Shown: in pieces, positions 11,399-23,307 of the stretch
Numbering within the stretch: the first letter of the stretch is position 1
How the letters are laid out: each line of letters opens with the position of its first letter
Made by a program: the position numbers and the translations under genes
From: an uncultured Nitrososphaerales archaeon
GTDB taxonomy: Archaea; Thermoproteota; Nitrososphaeria; Nitrososphaerales; Nitrososphaeraceae
Direction of reading: 5' to 3'
NCBI GenBank assembly: GCA_963709405.1
Contig: CAVPXM010000073.1
Coordinates: 1-64,000 of the forward strand
Length of the DNA stretch: 64,000 nt
The notes under the pieces: model-generated
The model's input: only the letters and a program-made list of their open reading frames with translations
The model's database searches: none
Told to the model about the DNA's origin: nothing

Positions 11399-13079
11399 TT
11401 GACATTCTCTTCTTCTAACAAAATCCCTGAAAGGACAGAGGTCGTATACGGTTCAGAAAATGTAATGAATACAATATTACGATTTTTATCTAAAGCAAAT
11501 ATGATAAGCTCTTGTGGTGATTATAAAGCTCCTTTACTAACTATTGAAGTGCTACTTAACTTTAAAAAAGAGGCATTAGATTAAGGTACATTACAGATAT
11601 TACTAAAGATAATATCAGTTACTGCAAAGAGCTGATGAAATTTGCTGACGATATTAGATATTTAGATGGAATAAAAGGAAATTTTATGTTAAGTGAATCA
11701 GAATACCTGGCTTCTGCGACTTTATTGCAAGAAGTACAGCAACCAATGAGACCAATACAACAAGTTATCTACAGCAATGTTAAAGATATTGTCGAACACC
11801 AAAAATATGTGTTTGAGAGCTTTTGGAATAAAGCAATTCCTACTGAACACAGAATCAAGGAGATAGAAGAAGGATTTGCTCTGGATAGTACAGAAATTAT
11901 TCAAATTCCATCAAGAACACAGGAATTATTCCTTGATTTAATAAAATCAGCTAAAGAAGAAGTATTGTTATTACTTCCCACAACTAACGCATTTCTTCGT
12001 GAACAGCGTATAGGAATAATACAGTCATTGAAGGAAGCAGCAGAACGTAGTGTAAATGTTAGGATTCTCACTCCAACTAATAATATTATCGAAGAAATTA
12101 GACAAAATATGGTGATGGCAGATCAAGGAAACAATTTTTTTGATATTCAATCTGTTGAAATACCAACTGGAGAAATCAAAGTAAATACAGTCACTATCCT
12201 TGTTGTTGATAGAAGAGTATCCCTAGTAATAGAAAAAACAGATGATTCAAAGGAGACTTTTATAGGTGCAATAGGATTAGCAACTTATTATACCAGTCAA
12301 CCAACCGTTTTATCATATGTTTCAATCTTTGAGAGTATATCAAATCAAGTAAAATTATATGAACGGCTAAAAACTCATGGTAAAATGCAAGACGAGTTTA
12401 TTAATATTGCAAGTCACGAGCTAAGAACACCTACCCAAGCTGTTCTAGCATGTTCTGAGCTATTACGACGACATCCTGAAAGAAGAGAAGAAATGATACA
12501 AGCAATATATAGAAATGCCGAAAGACTTCAAAGGCTTACAAATGATATTTTAGATGTTACAAGAATTGAAGGCAAGACATTAAAACTAAACAAAGAGAAA
12601 TTCAATCTAAGTGATTTGTTATCTAAACTTGTAGAAGACTATATAAATAATATTGAAAAGAACAATGGCAATGTTAGATTATCGTATAGTGAATCAAATA
12701 GAGAGGCTTTTTTGGTAGAAGCAGATAGAGAAAGAATTATTCAAGTTATCTCTAATCTTCTAAATAATGCTGTTAAATTTACTGAAGAAAAAAGAGGAGA
12801 AATATATGTTGCTGCTAGAAGAAAAGGAAAAGGCTGATCAAGAAGTTGTTGTTATTACTATAAAAGATACAGGTGTTGGTATAGATTCTGAAATATTACC
12901 TAGACTTTTTACTAAATTTGCTACAACGTCTCAAACAGGTACAGGACTTGGGTTATTTATTTGCAAGAGTATAATAGAAACACATGGTGGCAAAATATGG
13001 GCTATAAATAATGCTGATAGTAAAGGAGGAGCTGACATTTGCATTTAGCCTACCAATCAGCAAAAAGCAGAATCAGTAG
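11399..13079 (+). CDS. Cytoplasmic sensor histidine kinase (frameshifted near 11570, 12820 and 13035)
   Basis: H-box FINIASHELRTP, N-box NLLNNAVKFT, DTGVGI, GTGLGLFICKSII. Confidence 0.9.
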
Positions 13080-13105
13080 CCCATCTTATCAGATAATAAG
13101 GATAA

Positions 13106-13480
13106 ATGATGAAGAATAGAATATTGCTTGTAGATGATGAACCTGATATCGCTTTAGCTTTCAAGATTGGTTTAGAAGATAATGGCTTTAGAGTAGATGC
13201 TTTTGATAATCCTTTAAAAGCATTATCGAACTTTAAGGCTGACCTTTATGATTTATTGCTCCTTGATATTAAAATGCCGAAGATGAATGGCATTGAAGCT
13301 TATCATCAAATGAAAGAAATTGATAAAAAAGTAAAGGTCTGTTTTATTACTGCTTCTGAAATTCATTATTATGAGGATATAAGGAAAAAAATATTTCCAA
13401 TACTAGGGATAAAACGCATTATTAGAAAGCCAATCAGAATCGATGATTTAGTAAGAGTTCTAAGAGATGAATTACAATGA
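13106..13480 (+). CDS. Single-domain response regulator
   Basis: LLVDDEPD, LLDIKMPKMNG, FITA, RKP. Confidence 0.95.
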   Translation: MMKNRILLVDDEPDIALAFKIGLEDNGFRVDAFDNPLKALSNFKADLYDLLLLDIKMPKMNGIEAYHQMKEIDKKVKVCFITASEIHYYEDIRKKIFPILGIKRIIRKPIRIDDLVRVLRDELQ

Positions 13481-13842
13481 GTAGTAATACCAAGCAAAGA
13501 ATATTGCTTGTAGATGACGAACCTGATATTACATTTGCTCTGAGTATAGGCTTAGAAGATAATGGATTTGTAGTTAATGCTTTTAATGATCCGCTATTAG
13601 CATTACAATCTTTTAAGGACAAGAAGGAGAAGGAGTCATTTGCTTTAGCGCTTATTGATATTAAAATGCCGAAGATGAATGGGTTTGAATTGTATAATGA
13701 AATAAGAAAAATAGACGATAAAATCCCGGTCTGCTTTATTACAGCATTTGATATAGAAAAACAAGATGTGGAATGCCTTATCCGAAAACCTATTGACATA
13801 GGTGATTTGGTAAAAAGAGTAAGGGCAAAGATACAAGGTTAA
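13477..13842 (+). CDS. Single-domain response regulator, tandem paralog
   Basis: Same REC motifs; 4-nt overlap with the upstream RR. Confidence 0.95.
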   Translation: MSSNTKQRILLVDDEPDITFALSIGLEDNGFVVNAFNDPLLALQSFKDKKEKESFALALIDIKMPKMNGFELYNEIRKIDDKIPVCFITAFDIEKQDVECLIRKPIDIGDLVKRVRAKIQG

Positions 13843-14043
13843 ATTGATGACAAAATAGTTACAGGTTTTTGAAGGATTTTAATTAGTTAACAGCATTGTA
13901 ATATCATTGGTAATTACCTTGTAAAGTGAATATGATTATTATGACAAACTAATTTTATGGCTCCAACTTTCACTAACTCATAGCAAAATGACCAGAGATA
14001 CTTTACATAATGAACTTATCGTGCCATTTACATAACTGTTAAC

Positions 14044-15218
14044 TGAGGCTTGGGCATATTCCAGATCTATATTTTATGTCTATAATGAATTAGGATAAAG
14101 CTATCCTTTGAGTGTCTGAATTTGTGATGAAACATAATCAAACATTCCCAAAGGATAGCATATGGTAGTAAATGTGAATCTATTCTTTTTAGTATTCTGT
14201 ACTTGATAGGTTCGATACCGTGGTCAGAATCGCAAAAGGGAAGAAGGGGCAGACCATATGTCTATTCTCCTACTGTAATTCTGAGATGTTTCATAGTTAG
14301 GCTATGGTTTAGACTGGATTCTAACAATGCATTACATGAATTCCTAGAATTGGATTATCCTTACAATAAGAAGAAGATAATGAAAAGATGTGGTCTTACC
14401 CAAATACCAGACAGGCGAACATTTGACAGACGACTTAAGACCATATCCATAGACATCAAAAAAAGGATTACTATCATGACCTGCATGTTTGTATGCGAAA
14501 AGATAATAAATCCATACATTGTTGCAATAGATAGTACTTTACTGAAAGCCAAAGGACATGTTTGGCACAAATCATCTATGAACAAAGGTATAGTACCACG
14601 TTCTGGCATAGATACTGACGCAAGATGGGGATTCAGCCATGCTAAAGGATGGATATTTGGTTACAAACTACATATGATATCAAGCACTGGTTCCATTATA
14701 GTCCCATTAGGCAGCAGATTTTACAACTGCTAATGTACAAGATAATCAAATGTACAATCCGATGATATCATCATCATCTCTGTCTCCAGAAACATGTTTC
14801 ATGATAGGCGATTCTGGGTATGACGACCATAAACTATATGACTTGAGTACTAAAAGAGGATTTGAACTGGTATGTCCAGTACAAAGATATGAACATACCC
14901 CTACTGACAGACTTGAGCTGATACAATTCTATGAATCTGAGTTAGGACAGGCTATTTACTCTTGGAGAAGTAAATCGATAGAACCACTAATAGAACATAT
15001 TAAATCTGTTTTTAGAATAGACCCATTACCGGTAAGAGGCTACCAGAAGGCTGCTGGAATAGTACTTCTGTCAGTACCTACTATATCAGATCCTTGTCTA
15101 CTACAATTATAAAACCAAACGTAGTCAACGACCAAAATCAATCAAATACATGTTATGTAGTTAACATGTTACTAAATAATATATGAAAAACATAGAATTC
15201 AATTATGTCCAAGCCTCA
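14044..15218 (+). mobile_element. DDE_Tnp_1 (IS4/IS5-like) element with frameshifted transposase
   Basis: IR TGAGGCTTGG(G/A)CATA at both ends; AIDST, GYKLH, GDSGYD, IEPLIEHIK motifs in 14203..15112. Confidence 0.85.
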
Positions 15219-16344
15219 AATAATTAGTAGTTTTATCATATTTGAGATCTGCCATAGTCAGTACTCTATAACCGTTATTATGGAGGTACTGCATTTCCTG
15301 AGCAAATAGGGTTATAGTAGTATCGACTGGTCTATCACTGTAACTTACGTCAGGAAATGTTACTATTGTATGATATATGATTATGGGAATGGCCCTTACT
15401 GATCCATTATTATTATATTTATCCTGACTGCTGACAGCTGAAATGAATCTATCGAGCATCTGCGAGTTGTTATAATAGTTGCAGCGGCCAACACATGTAC
15501 GACTATCTGTAGAATAATCACCTTCAATGTGCCGATGACTCCAACCGTTGATGGAATATCTATTTGCAACGGTCAGTTTACCATCATTATTGTTCGCACT
15601 GTTCAAAAAAACTCTGCAATCAGTCTCGTTAGACGGATGGCCTCGCCAAATGTCGCAGTGCAAAAATGTAAGAGGATAGTCAGTATCAGTTCTAGCCAAA
15701 TCATAGTATTTGGATACTTGTTTGACAACCTTTGGACTATTTGACCCATCGCCATACGGATATGCAAATATAGTGGCATTTAACCCATGATCTTGTAAGC
15801 ATTGTCTGGACTGGCCTAATTCAAAGTTTAACTCCGATCGAGCTAATTTGTTAAGGTATGGATGGGTCATAGTGTGTGATTCTATGTCAAATCCTTCCTT
15901 TTGTAATTCCGCTATATCTTGCCAAGTCAGCTTTGTATTTTCCCCGGTGTCTGATGCTCCTATCCAATCGCAAACTGCAAAGAAGGTAGCTTTGAAACCA
16001 TATTTATCCAAAATCGGTTTTGCGTGAACATATTGACTCTTATATGAATCATCGAAATTTATGATCACAACACGGCCAATATTGGCCCCACTATTGCTAC
16101 TACCTGTATCGTTGCTTTTCGTGTCATTAGTATTAGTAACGTTAAATCGTGTTAAATCTGTTAAATCGTTTGAGGAAGAATTATAGTAATTATCCGATCC
16201 CCTAACTGTATCTAAGGATGAACTGGAGTTTTGCGGTTGTATTCGGATGAACGGAATTTGGCCAAGGATTACTCCCGACGATAATATGGGTTGCATTAAC
16301 CCCAGTATGAGTAAGAGCATAGTAACGATACTAGACATCAGCAT
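15199..16344 (-). CDS. Secreted polysaccharide deacetylase (NodB/CE4)
   Basis: INFDDS, IESHTMTH, FAYPYG motifs; signal peptide. Confidence 0.9.
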   Translation of the reverse strand: MLMSSIVTMLLLILGLMQPILSSGVILGQIPFIRIQPQNSSSSLDTVRGSDNYYNSSSNDLTDLTRFNVTNTNDTKSNDTGSSNSGANIGRVVIINFDDSYKSQYVHAKPILDKYGFKATFFAVCDWIGASDTGENTKLTWQDIAELQKEGFDIESHTMTHPYLNKLARSELNFELGQSRQCLQDHGLNATIFAYPYGDGSNSPKVVKQVSKYYDLARTDTDYPLTFLHCDIWRGHPSNETDCRVFLNSANNNDGKLTVANRYSINGWSHRHIEGDYSTDSRTCVGRCNYYNNSQMLDRFISAVSSQDKYNNNGSVRAIPIIIYHTIVTFPDVSYSDRPVDTTITLFAQEMQYLHNNGYRVLTMADLKYDKTTNYLRLGHN

Positions 16345-16576
16345 AATTCACTATCTTCGATCCGGCGAATCAAGTAGCGCGACATGCTCTTGACCAAACC
16401 TGCAGACCTAACCAGCATGTGTACGCGCTTTGCAGTCTGTGCTAAAAACACAGGCAGCCTGGCCCGCTGAGTTTCCTCCACCAATATAGCATCATTTTGT
16501 CCCACGGGTATTATTCGGCTACTCTACAATCAGAAATATGCAGCTTATTATGTTATCCATATCACAGAAGGAGAGA

Positions 16577-17014
16577 TCAGCCGTCTACCAAGTTGATATA
16601 AATAACAGTTAGGAGGAGATCATAAAAATGTGGTTTGAATTCTTTCAATACTGATAAAGGATCGTTATATGTGTATGCTTCAAATCTTTTCTTCTTGTCG
16701 CCATCACCATAATAATGGCCATCTAAGCCTGCTTTGAAAGTTAATGTAACATCAGGATCATCATCTATGAGAAGTATCCTTTTGATATAGGGTGGTTTTG
16801 GAACTGTCTTGATTTCAGTTTCTATGATAGTATCTGATTTTGATCCCTGATTTTGTAGGTAGTTAGGATCAGTAAAAGAGGGAGAAGAATTAGAATGATG
16901 GAGCTGATCATAGAGACCATCACCATTATTGCTATAAGAATGATAAAATGAACTAATCTCATTGTCCAAAATTAGACAAGAATATTGGTTTTTGGTTTTT
17001 GTAATTAGTAACAT
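16577..17014 (-). pseudogene. Truncated response regulator with N-terminal extension
   Basis: RILLIDDDPDVTLTFK...YDLLL, then ends before the phospho-Asp region. Confidence 0.75.
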
Positions 17015-17038
17015 TATCTCATATCTTCAATTTCGGCC

Positions 17039-17779
17039 TCATCCCACTATTAGGTTATATTTTATTGCTAATGTATGAGGAGGCTCGGGATTGGGCTTAA
17101 GTGGAGAAGGTGGAATAATTGGAGAACTTCCTGAAAATGTAAAGACATGCTTGCCACTTGACAGTGGTTTTAAGAAAATGAAATAAGTGTCAGCCGCCGA
17201 ACGAGTCGGCCCACCTTTCACGCCCCATATGTTGTGGGCTGGAAAATTAACATCAAAAGCATCTGACTTTACCCTATATTGGCTTAAGTTTTTCAAAGGT
17301 ACTCTATCAAGCGTTGCTTGCAAAGATGCCGGATCCCTGAATGTCTGCATGGCATCGGTAGCGCATTTTTTCAAGGCTGCATCTGTTTTCGCTTCTGGGT
17401 TCTCGATTGTGGAACACTCTATGCCATCTCCCAGGAAGATAGCTTTTCCAGCAGGAATATTGCACGTTCTTTCTGCACTGCCCGAAAGCGTGCCTGTCGT
17501 AAACCATACATTCTTCTCAGTTTGATTTATTGTGCAATGCGCACCGGTCGGATCGTTTGCAGGATTCTGATCTTGAGGAATTTGCATAAGCCATTTCCAC
17601 CATTTGATACTCCAGTCAGCGTTACTCACACCATAAGGAGACGAATCTTTTGAAAATTGACTAGGGTTAATATTATCAGAATAGGCTAATGGTAGTTGAG
17701 ATACTAGACATACCACGATAAGCAAAATAGATGCATATATAATCGAATTCTTAAATCTATTTATATGCAGACCATACAA
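17039..17779 (-). CDS. Conserved secreted hypothetical protein (WWxW / DPTGxxC family)
   Basis: Signal peptide; WSIKWWKWLMQIP..NP..DPTGAHC; RTCNIPAGKAIF; ADTYFIFLKPLSSGKH. Confidence 0.85.
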   Translation of the reverse strand: MYGLHINRFKNSIIYASILLIVVCLVSQLPLAYSDNINPSQFSKDSSPYGVSNADWSIKWWKWLMQIPQDQNPANDPTGAHCTINQTEKNVWFTTGTLSGSAERTCNIPAGKAIFLGDGIECSTIENPEAKTDAALKKCATDAMQTFRDPASLQATLDRVPLKNLSQYRVKSDAFDVNFPAHNIWGVKGGPTRSAADTYFIFLKPLSSGKHVFTFSGSSPIIPPSPLKPNPEPPHTLAIKYNLIVG

Positions 17780-17948
17780 AGTGGATGAACTACTAGTAAC
17801 GGATCATATAAATATATGTATAGAATTTTTTAGTCCCACATCCATTACTAATGCATAGTTTCACACTTTTCAGTCTTTGGACACTAACTTGGACGATACT
17901 TTCAAATATAATATACCGACATCATCTTCATAGTCCCTAGAAAAATCA

Positions 17949-19333
17949 ATGAAACTTCAGCTCGCTTTTGCATAGATTTTTTTCTTACACGCTCAGAACA
18001 AAAGCTATTTTTATTATCATGTGTATTACCATTGTTGTTCTAATTTTAGACACTTCTATTAATCAGAATCTATTATCTGAATATCAATCAATATGCTCTG
18101 TCTACAAAGGTGATACTCTTCATATCGATAGCCATAATCTCCTTGATTGGTCAGTATAGCTTTTTGCAGGTTGTTAAAAATAAGAGTATTGAAATCACAA
18201 AGGCAAACATACTTCATATTCGAACCTTATCAAGAGTTACATATGTTACCCAATCTATACTGACAGCACTATTTTTGGCTCTGTTACTTCAAATAATTAT
18301 CCAAACCCAATATAGTGTGTATATCCTGATGTCTTGTATAGGAATTAGCTCTCTACTTGGAATGTGTATTCTGATACTCCTTGCATCAAGATTATTATCG
18401 TGGTTCAGATCCGATAAAAATGTAGTTCTAGTTTTGTATGGCATATCATCTGCAATTATTGCATCAAATATTGCATTCGGGGTTGCAATAGTAACAAATT
18501 TGCTACTAACAAAGCCATATATGATACAACCCCATTTTGGATGGGAATATGGTTTTTCTGGCCTTGGACCATTAAATGATGTAATTCTGTATGGATATTC
18601 TATATCTTCGATCTGTGGATTTGTATTCGCATGGATTTCCACTATACGTACTTTTAAACCAATACTCAATCAGGTGGAAGGGCAAAGCGCACTGGTTTGT
18701 AGTGTCACTTCCTTTAGTATATTTCTTGATTCAGTTTCAGCCCATTTTTTTTGATTTATTCTCTCAGCTTTTTGGATCACAACCAATACTATATAATGTC
18801 ATTAGCACTCTCTTTATCACTTATAGCAAACCAATAGGTGGTCTTATATTTGGCTGGGCTTTTTTCGCGATTGCGAAGAGATTACGGATTAGCGGAATTA
18901 AGATGGATTACATCACTATCTCTGCTTTTGGTTTTATTCTTTTGTTTATCGCTAATCAGATTCTCCTACTGTCTTCGGCATCCTATCCACCATTTGGACT
19001 TGCAGCAGTTATTTTTCTTGGTTTATCCTGCTACATGGTACTAATTGGTATCTATTCATCTGCAATATCTATCTCCCAAAATGCAAAGTTACGCAATGCG
19101 ATTAAAAAGTTAATTGAAAAAAAATCAATTTATTAGATAGTATAGGAGCAACACAAATGTCACAATTTTTAGAGAAGGAGATTTTTGCTATCTACAATAA
19201 CGTAACAGACGAATTGAATAAAAAAAGTGGTATCACACCTTCACTGTCATCACTTGAAGCTAGAAATTATTGTGATGAGGTTATTGAGGAGATAGAAAAA
19301 TCCAGATCTGTAGGAACAAAGGATGAATCATAG
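17949..19333 (+). CDS. Multi-pass membrane protein with cytoplasmic helical tail (frameshifted)
   Basis: ORFs 17968, 18110 and 18591 join into about 10-12 hydrophobic segments; tail LDSIGATQMSQFLEKEI...SGITPSL. Confidence 0.75.
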
Positions 19334-19663
19334 GTGAATCCTTTATCAAGATCTTATATTTACTATCATTCAATTTTTCAAATATGTTTGATGCCATATA
19401 ACTTTGATTTACATCATTATGATGGATCAGGTATGTCTCCCATCCAGAACTATGTCTAATAAAATCTTAATTCTTCCAATTTTACTTCGTCTATAATATT
19501 CATAAAATAATTCAAGATTTTGTCCCTGTTATCTTTCTGTAATTGATTGAATTTAGGCTGTTAACTGATAAGGTCTATTCAATTCATATATTCTAATATA
19601 ATTTGAAACGCAAGTCAAATCACTTTTTTAGAAACCTTCGCGATAAATGAAATAGAAACAAAG

Positions 19664-20056
19664 ATGCATAAACTAATTGAGAGAAAAACATTTTCTAAAA
19701 TACTTGTAGCCATACATGAATCAAGGACATCTGTAGATACAGCAACAAATTATGCAATAAAAATTGCTCAAGACTATGACGCACAATTAGTTATTCTTCG
19801 TGTCATACGAACTGATGTTAATTTGCATAGTATAAATCTTCCAAGTTACGTAATGGAGATGATGAAACAGGCAAAAGATTATTTCAACAAAATAGCGGAA
19901 AAAATACATGAAGATAGCAATAAAGAAAATATTCTAAGAATGAAAACAGAAATAATTGCTTCTGTTAGAATTGCCGATGCTATTGTAACTCGCCTGCTTT
20001 TGATAATTGCAGTAATACTCATTTCTGAATCCGCTTTGTTTACATTATATCCTTGA
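19664..20056 (+). pseudogene. uspA: Universal stress protein, C-terminally truncated
   Basis: FSKILVAIHES...YAIKIAQDYDAQLVILRV; lacks the DLIVIG motif seen in 45236..45703. Confidence 0.75.
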
Positions 20057-20497
20057 AGATATTTATGGTTATTTATTATCTGCAAAGCATCGAAAATATA
20101 CCTAATCCGTTAATCACTTTCAACTCTACGGTTTATCCTATAGTATACAAATATACTTTTCAAAAAGGTAGATAATAGGCCTCTTGCGTAATTAGCAGTT
20201 ATGATCTATTAATGCTGCTATTTTCACTGTATTCTTAGGTTGAAATCCTGTTAGACTGCATCACTCTGAAGTTCAGTATACTGAACTTAGCACCCATTAT
20301 TCCAAACTTCTTGATCTTGCATATGGTGTGTTCTACTTATCTGACTTATCTAGATCAAACGGATTATCATAGTCTATGTGTGCACCTTGATTATTCCAAG
20401 AATAATTGAAAAACCATCTTTCTTTATTACTCATTTTTTGTAGCCTTAGTTAAGAATTAAAAATGAAAATTACTTTTTAAGTTAATTTAGAACCGGC

Positions 20498-20944
20498 TTG
20501 GCTCCTACTATGTCACTATATCTGATTCGTAGGATAGAGAATACTCCTACGATCATATTGCGACCACAAACAGAGATTGTTGACGTTGAAGGAGGCGATC
20601 ATCTTGATTCAGTTTACTGGCGAAACAATCAAACAGGACAGACTGAAAAACACGAAATCAGGCACATATTCGTCATGACTGGTGCCGATCCGAATACTGC
20701 TTGGCTCGACGGCTGCGTTACGCTTGACTCCAAAGGCTTCATAAAGGCTGGTCCCGATCTGTTACCAGAAAATCTGAGCGCTGCAGGTTGGCCTCTTGCG
20801 CGACAACCCTACTTGCTTGAAACCAGTTTGCCCGGTGTTTTCGCAGTGGGCGACGTGCGGGGTGGCGACATCAAACGAGTCGCATCTGCAGTGGGCGAAG
20901 GATCAATAGCAATCTCATTTGTTCATAAAGTACTCCAGGAATAG
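20498..20944 (+). pseudogene. Thioredoxin reductase-like FAD oxidoreductase, C-terminal fragment
   Basis: FVMTGADPNTAWL, ETSLPGVFAVGDVRGGDIKRVASAVGEG. Confidence 0.85.
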
Positions 20945-21208
20945 GAATAGGAAACAGAATAACTACTGTATATTTCTATTATCTGCCTTATCAGAAGTTT
21001 ATTAGTCTGTGGTCCAATCCTCGATGAAGCATTTGTCCAAATCGATCATGACGGTCATAGATGCAGATGTGACTGAGGATTTGATGATAAACAATAGAGG
21101 AAAGGAGGAATTATAATTTGACTGATATAATTGCGTTGATTTAATCAGTAACAGTTCCGTTTGGTAGGCTTTAACGTAGCCATTGCATTGCAAAAGCGGT
21201 CCTCTCGA

Positions 21209-21452
21209 CAAACCAGGAGGCCCAGTTCAAGATCGATCATCCACTAGATCCAGCTAACAATACCTTTGTCACTCCTTTGTCCAGTCGCCGCACATGAAGA
21301 ATGTCTATGATGGTGTGATTGAATTAGACAACAGAGGCGAAGCAAAGGTACAACTTCCAGAATGATTTAGTGCACTGAATAAGGATTATCGTTATCAGCT
21401 TACTGCTATATGTGCCCCTGGACCAAATGTCTACATTGCAGAGGAAATATCT
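21209..21452 (+). pseudogene. Remnant of the FKIDHPLDP C-terminal domain of fibre/adhesin-like proteins
   Basis: FKIDHPLDPAN/..HSFVQSPHMKNVYDGVIELDNRGEAKVQLPE*FSALNKDYRYQLTAICAPGPNVYIAEEI. Confidence 0.7.
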
Positions 21453-21499
21453 GAATCTAGTACAGACTACATCGATACTGCTAGCAATAACAATAATTG

Positions 21500-21690
21500 C
21501 CCTGCTTGCGGTAGCTGGTAACAATGCATATGTAGCATGGTGTGATAACACACCAGGAAATGCTGACATACTACTGAGAAAGAGCGATAATACAGGAGTC
21601 ACATTTGGCAGTACTATTAATGTTAGTCAGAATGCCGGATTCTCAGTTTCTAACGAGAATACTGCTGTCATTAGAAATAAAGTTCGATAG
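21500..21690 (+). pseudogene. BNR/sialidase-like beta-propeller repeat fragment
   Basis: AVAGNNAYVAWCDNTPGNADILLRKSDNTGVTFGSTINVSQNAGFS. Confidence 0.7.
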
Positions 21691-21800
21691 ATGGATAATG
21701 AAGGCACAAATTGCCTATAGTTCTGTAAAGCTGGTCAATATTACTCCGGCGTGATTATGCTAAACTTGGATGCACTCAATGCCGATCATTGAAGTACTAA

Positions 21801-21995
21801 TCAAAGTAGAGGCTGAAATACGAAATCATTCAATGTCTTAATTCTCTGTTGTGACAATATTCCATTAGCGAAAATTAATGCGCCACACGTATTACATCGT
21901 AGCATTATTCGTCCCGTTTTGGTCGGTTTCAATGTAGCCATAGATCTACAGAATAGGCAATGTACCGTGCGTTCCCATGAATCTAGAACAGTCAA
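21801..21995 (-). CDS. Small Zn-ribbon protein
   Basis: CLFC...CNTCG in 64 aa. Confidence 0.6.
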   Translation of the reverse strand: MTVLDSWERTVHCLFCRSMATLKPTKTGRIMLRCNTCGALIFANGILSQQRIKTLNDFVFQPLL

Positions 21996-22340
21996 GTTAT
22001 TAATAATATTATATCGTTACTCGCGGGCTATATATATAGCGGCAAGAGATCGAACAATTAGATACCCGATATTAGATATGTTAGATCTAATTATTCTGAA
22101 TAACTAATACATCACTAATAATAAGTTAACAATATTTCATTCCCACGACCTTTGCTTAGTGGACGAAGGAAAAAGACCGAATCACTGATTCATTGCACAG
22201 CTACAAGAAAAGAACTCTTAACACTCTGGAGAAAGAATAACAAACAAATGAATAGGTACTCTCGCCGGCTAAGACCCGAGTTATATGATGGTATTGTTCA
22301 GATGAGTGGGATGCAACCGAGTACCTTGATCAGCAGCAAC

Positions 22341-22902
22341 TCAGCCAGCTCCGCTACTTCCGGCTGGCGATGTTGTTGTTGTCGAATTCGAACTTGGTTT
22401 AGGCAAGACTTGCAGGGCCATGATATGACCATTAAAAGTCATGTAATAGAGGATGCCACCAAAACCTGGTGCTGGTGGAGCTCCGGCAGACATGCCGCTA
22501 AAATAGTCTGAGGGCAGCAAGTAACTTGCCTGTTGCTGCATCTCTCCACTGAACCTGTTCAGTGTAGGCAGGAGGAGGATTATTTGTCATTTGAGTCTGA
22601 AGGCCTGCCTTGCACATAGGAGCGATATAGCCGGAATTAAACTCCTGTGTATGAAATGCAAAGCTCTGTCCTGGTTGTAGAATATACCAGTGACTTGGGT
22701 CTGAGTGTGCATCATGAACACCGTGTTCATATCCTGATTTATACGCAGCTTGTGGATCTTTAGCATGTGGAAGGTCGCATCCTTCTGGAGGACAGTTGTC
22801 CTTAGCCGATGCAAGCTCAGTTTCGGCATATACAGATGGCACCATGGTCAGCGTTGCGCCTAGCGACGCAACTAGTAATACTAAGATTGCAACTGCACCC
22901 AA
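22341..22902 (-). CDS. Secreted Cys/aromatic family member joined to an unrelated beta-propeller-like C-terminal fragment
   Basis: YKSGYEHGVHDA..HWYILQPGQSFAFHTQEFNSGY, then WRDAATGKLLAA/SDYFSGMSAGA..GHIMALQVLP. Confidence 0.65.
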
Positions 22903-22914
22903 TAATTAACTAAG

Positions 22915-23307
22915 TTACCTCTGTAACTTGGGGTCACGATGAAAATCCACACCACCACTACGAATAGTAGGTCCTATCATCCAACCCGCAGAAGATGGCC
23001 CTTTATTACAATCAAAATCTGCTTCATCTTCATCCATTGATGTGTTCGGCCCGCTAATTTTACAGAATCCGGTCACATATCCATCGATCCATGAGTCTGT
23101 CTGATTGATAAAGCCATTGGGTGATTTCCATACATATGCAACACAGGGGATTCGTGGATCGTTGCACGGATTACTTGCATCAGCTACTCCATGATCATAT
23201 CCAGATTTAAAATCTGCTTGTGGATGTTTAGATAGGATATTTTGTGCATACACAGATGGCGCCCCTATCATCAGTGCCAAGAGTACAACCGCGCCCAAGA
23301 CTTTCAT
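22915..23307 (-). CDS. Secreted Cys/aromatic small-protein family member
   Basis: Signal peptide; FKSGYDHGVADA..C..CVAYVWKSPNGF..QTDSWIDGYVTGFC..DFDC..GPSSA. Confidence 0.8.
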   Translation of the reverse strand: MKVLGAVVLLALMIGAPSVYAQNILSKHPQADFKSGYDHGVADASNPCNDPRIPCVAYVWKSPNGFINQTDSWIDGYVTGFCKISGPNTSMDEDEADFDCNKGPSSAGWMIGPTIRSGGVDFHRDPKLQR

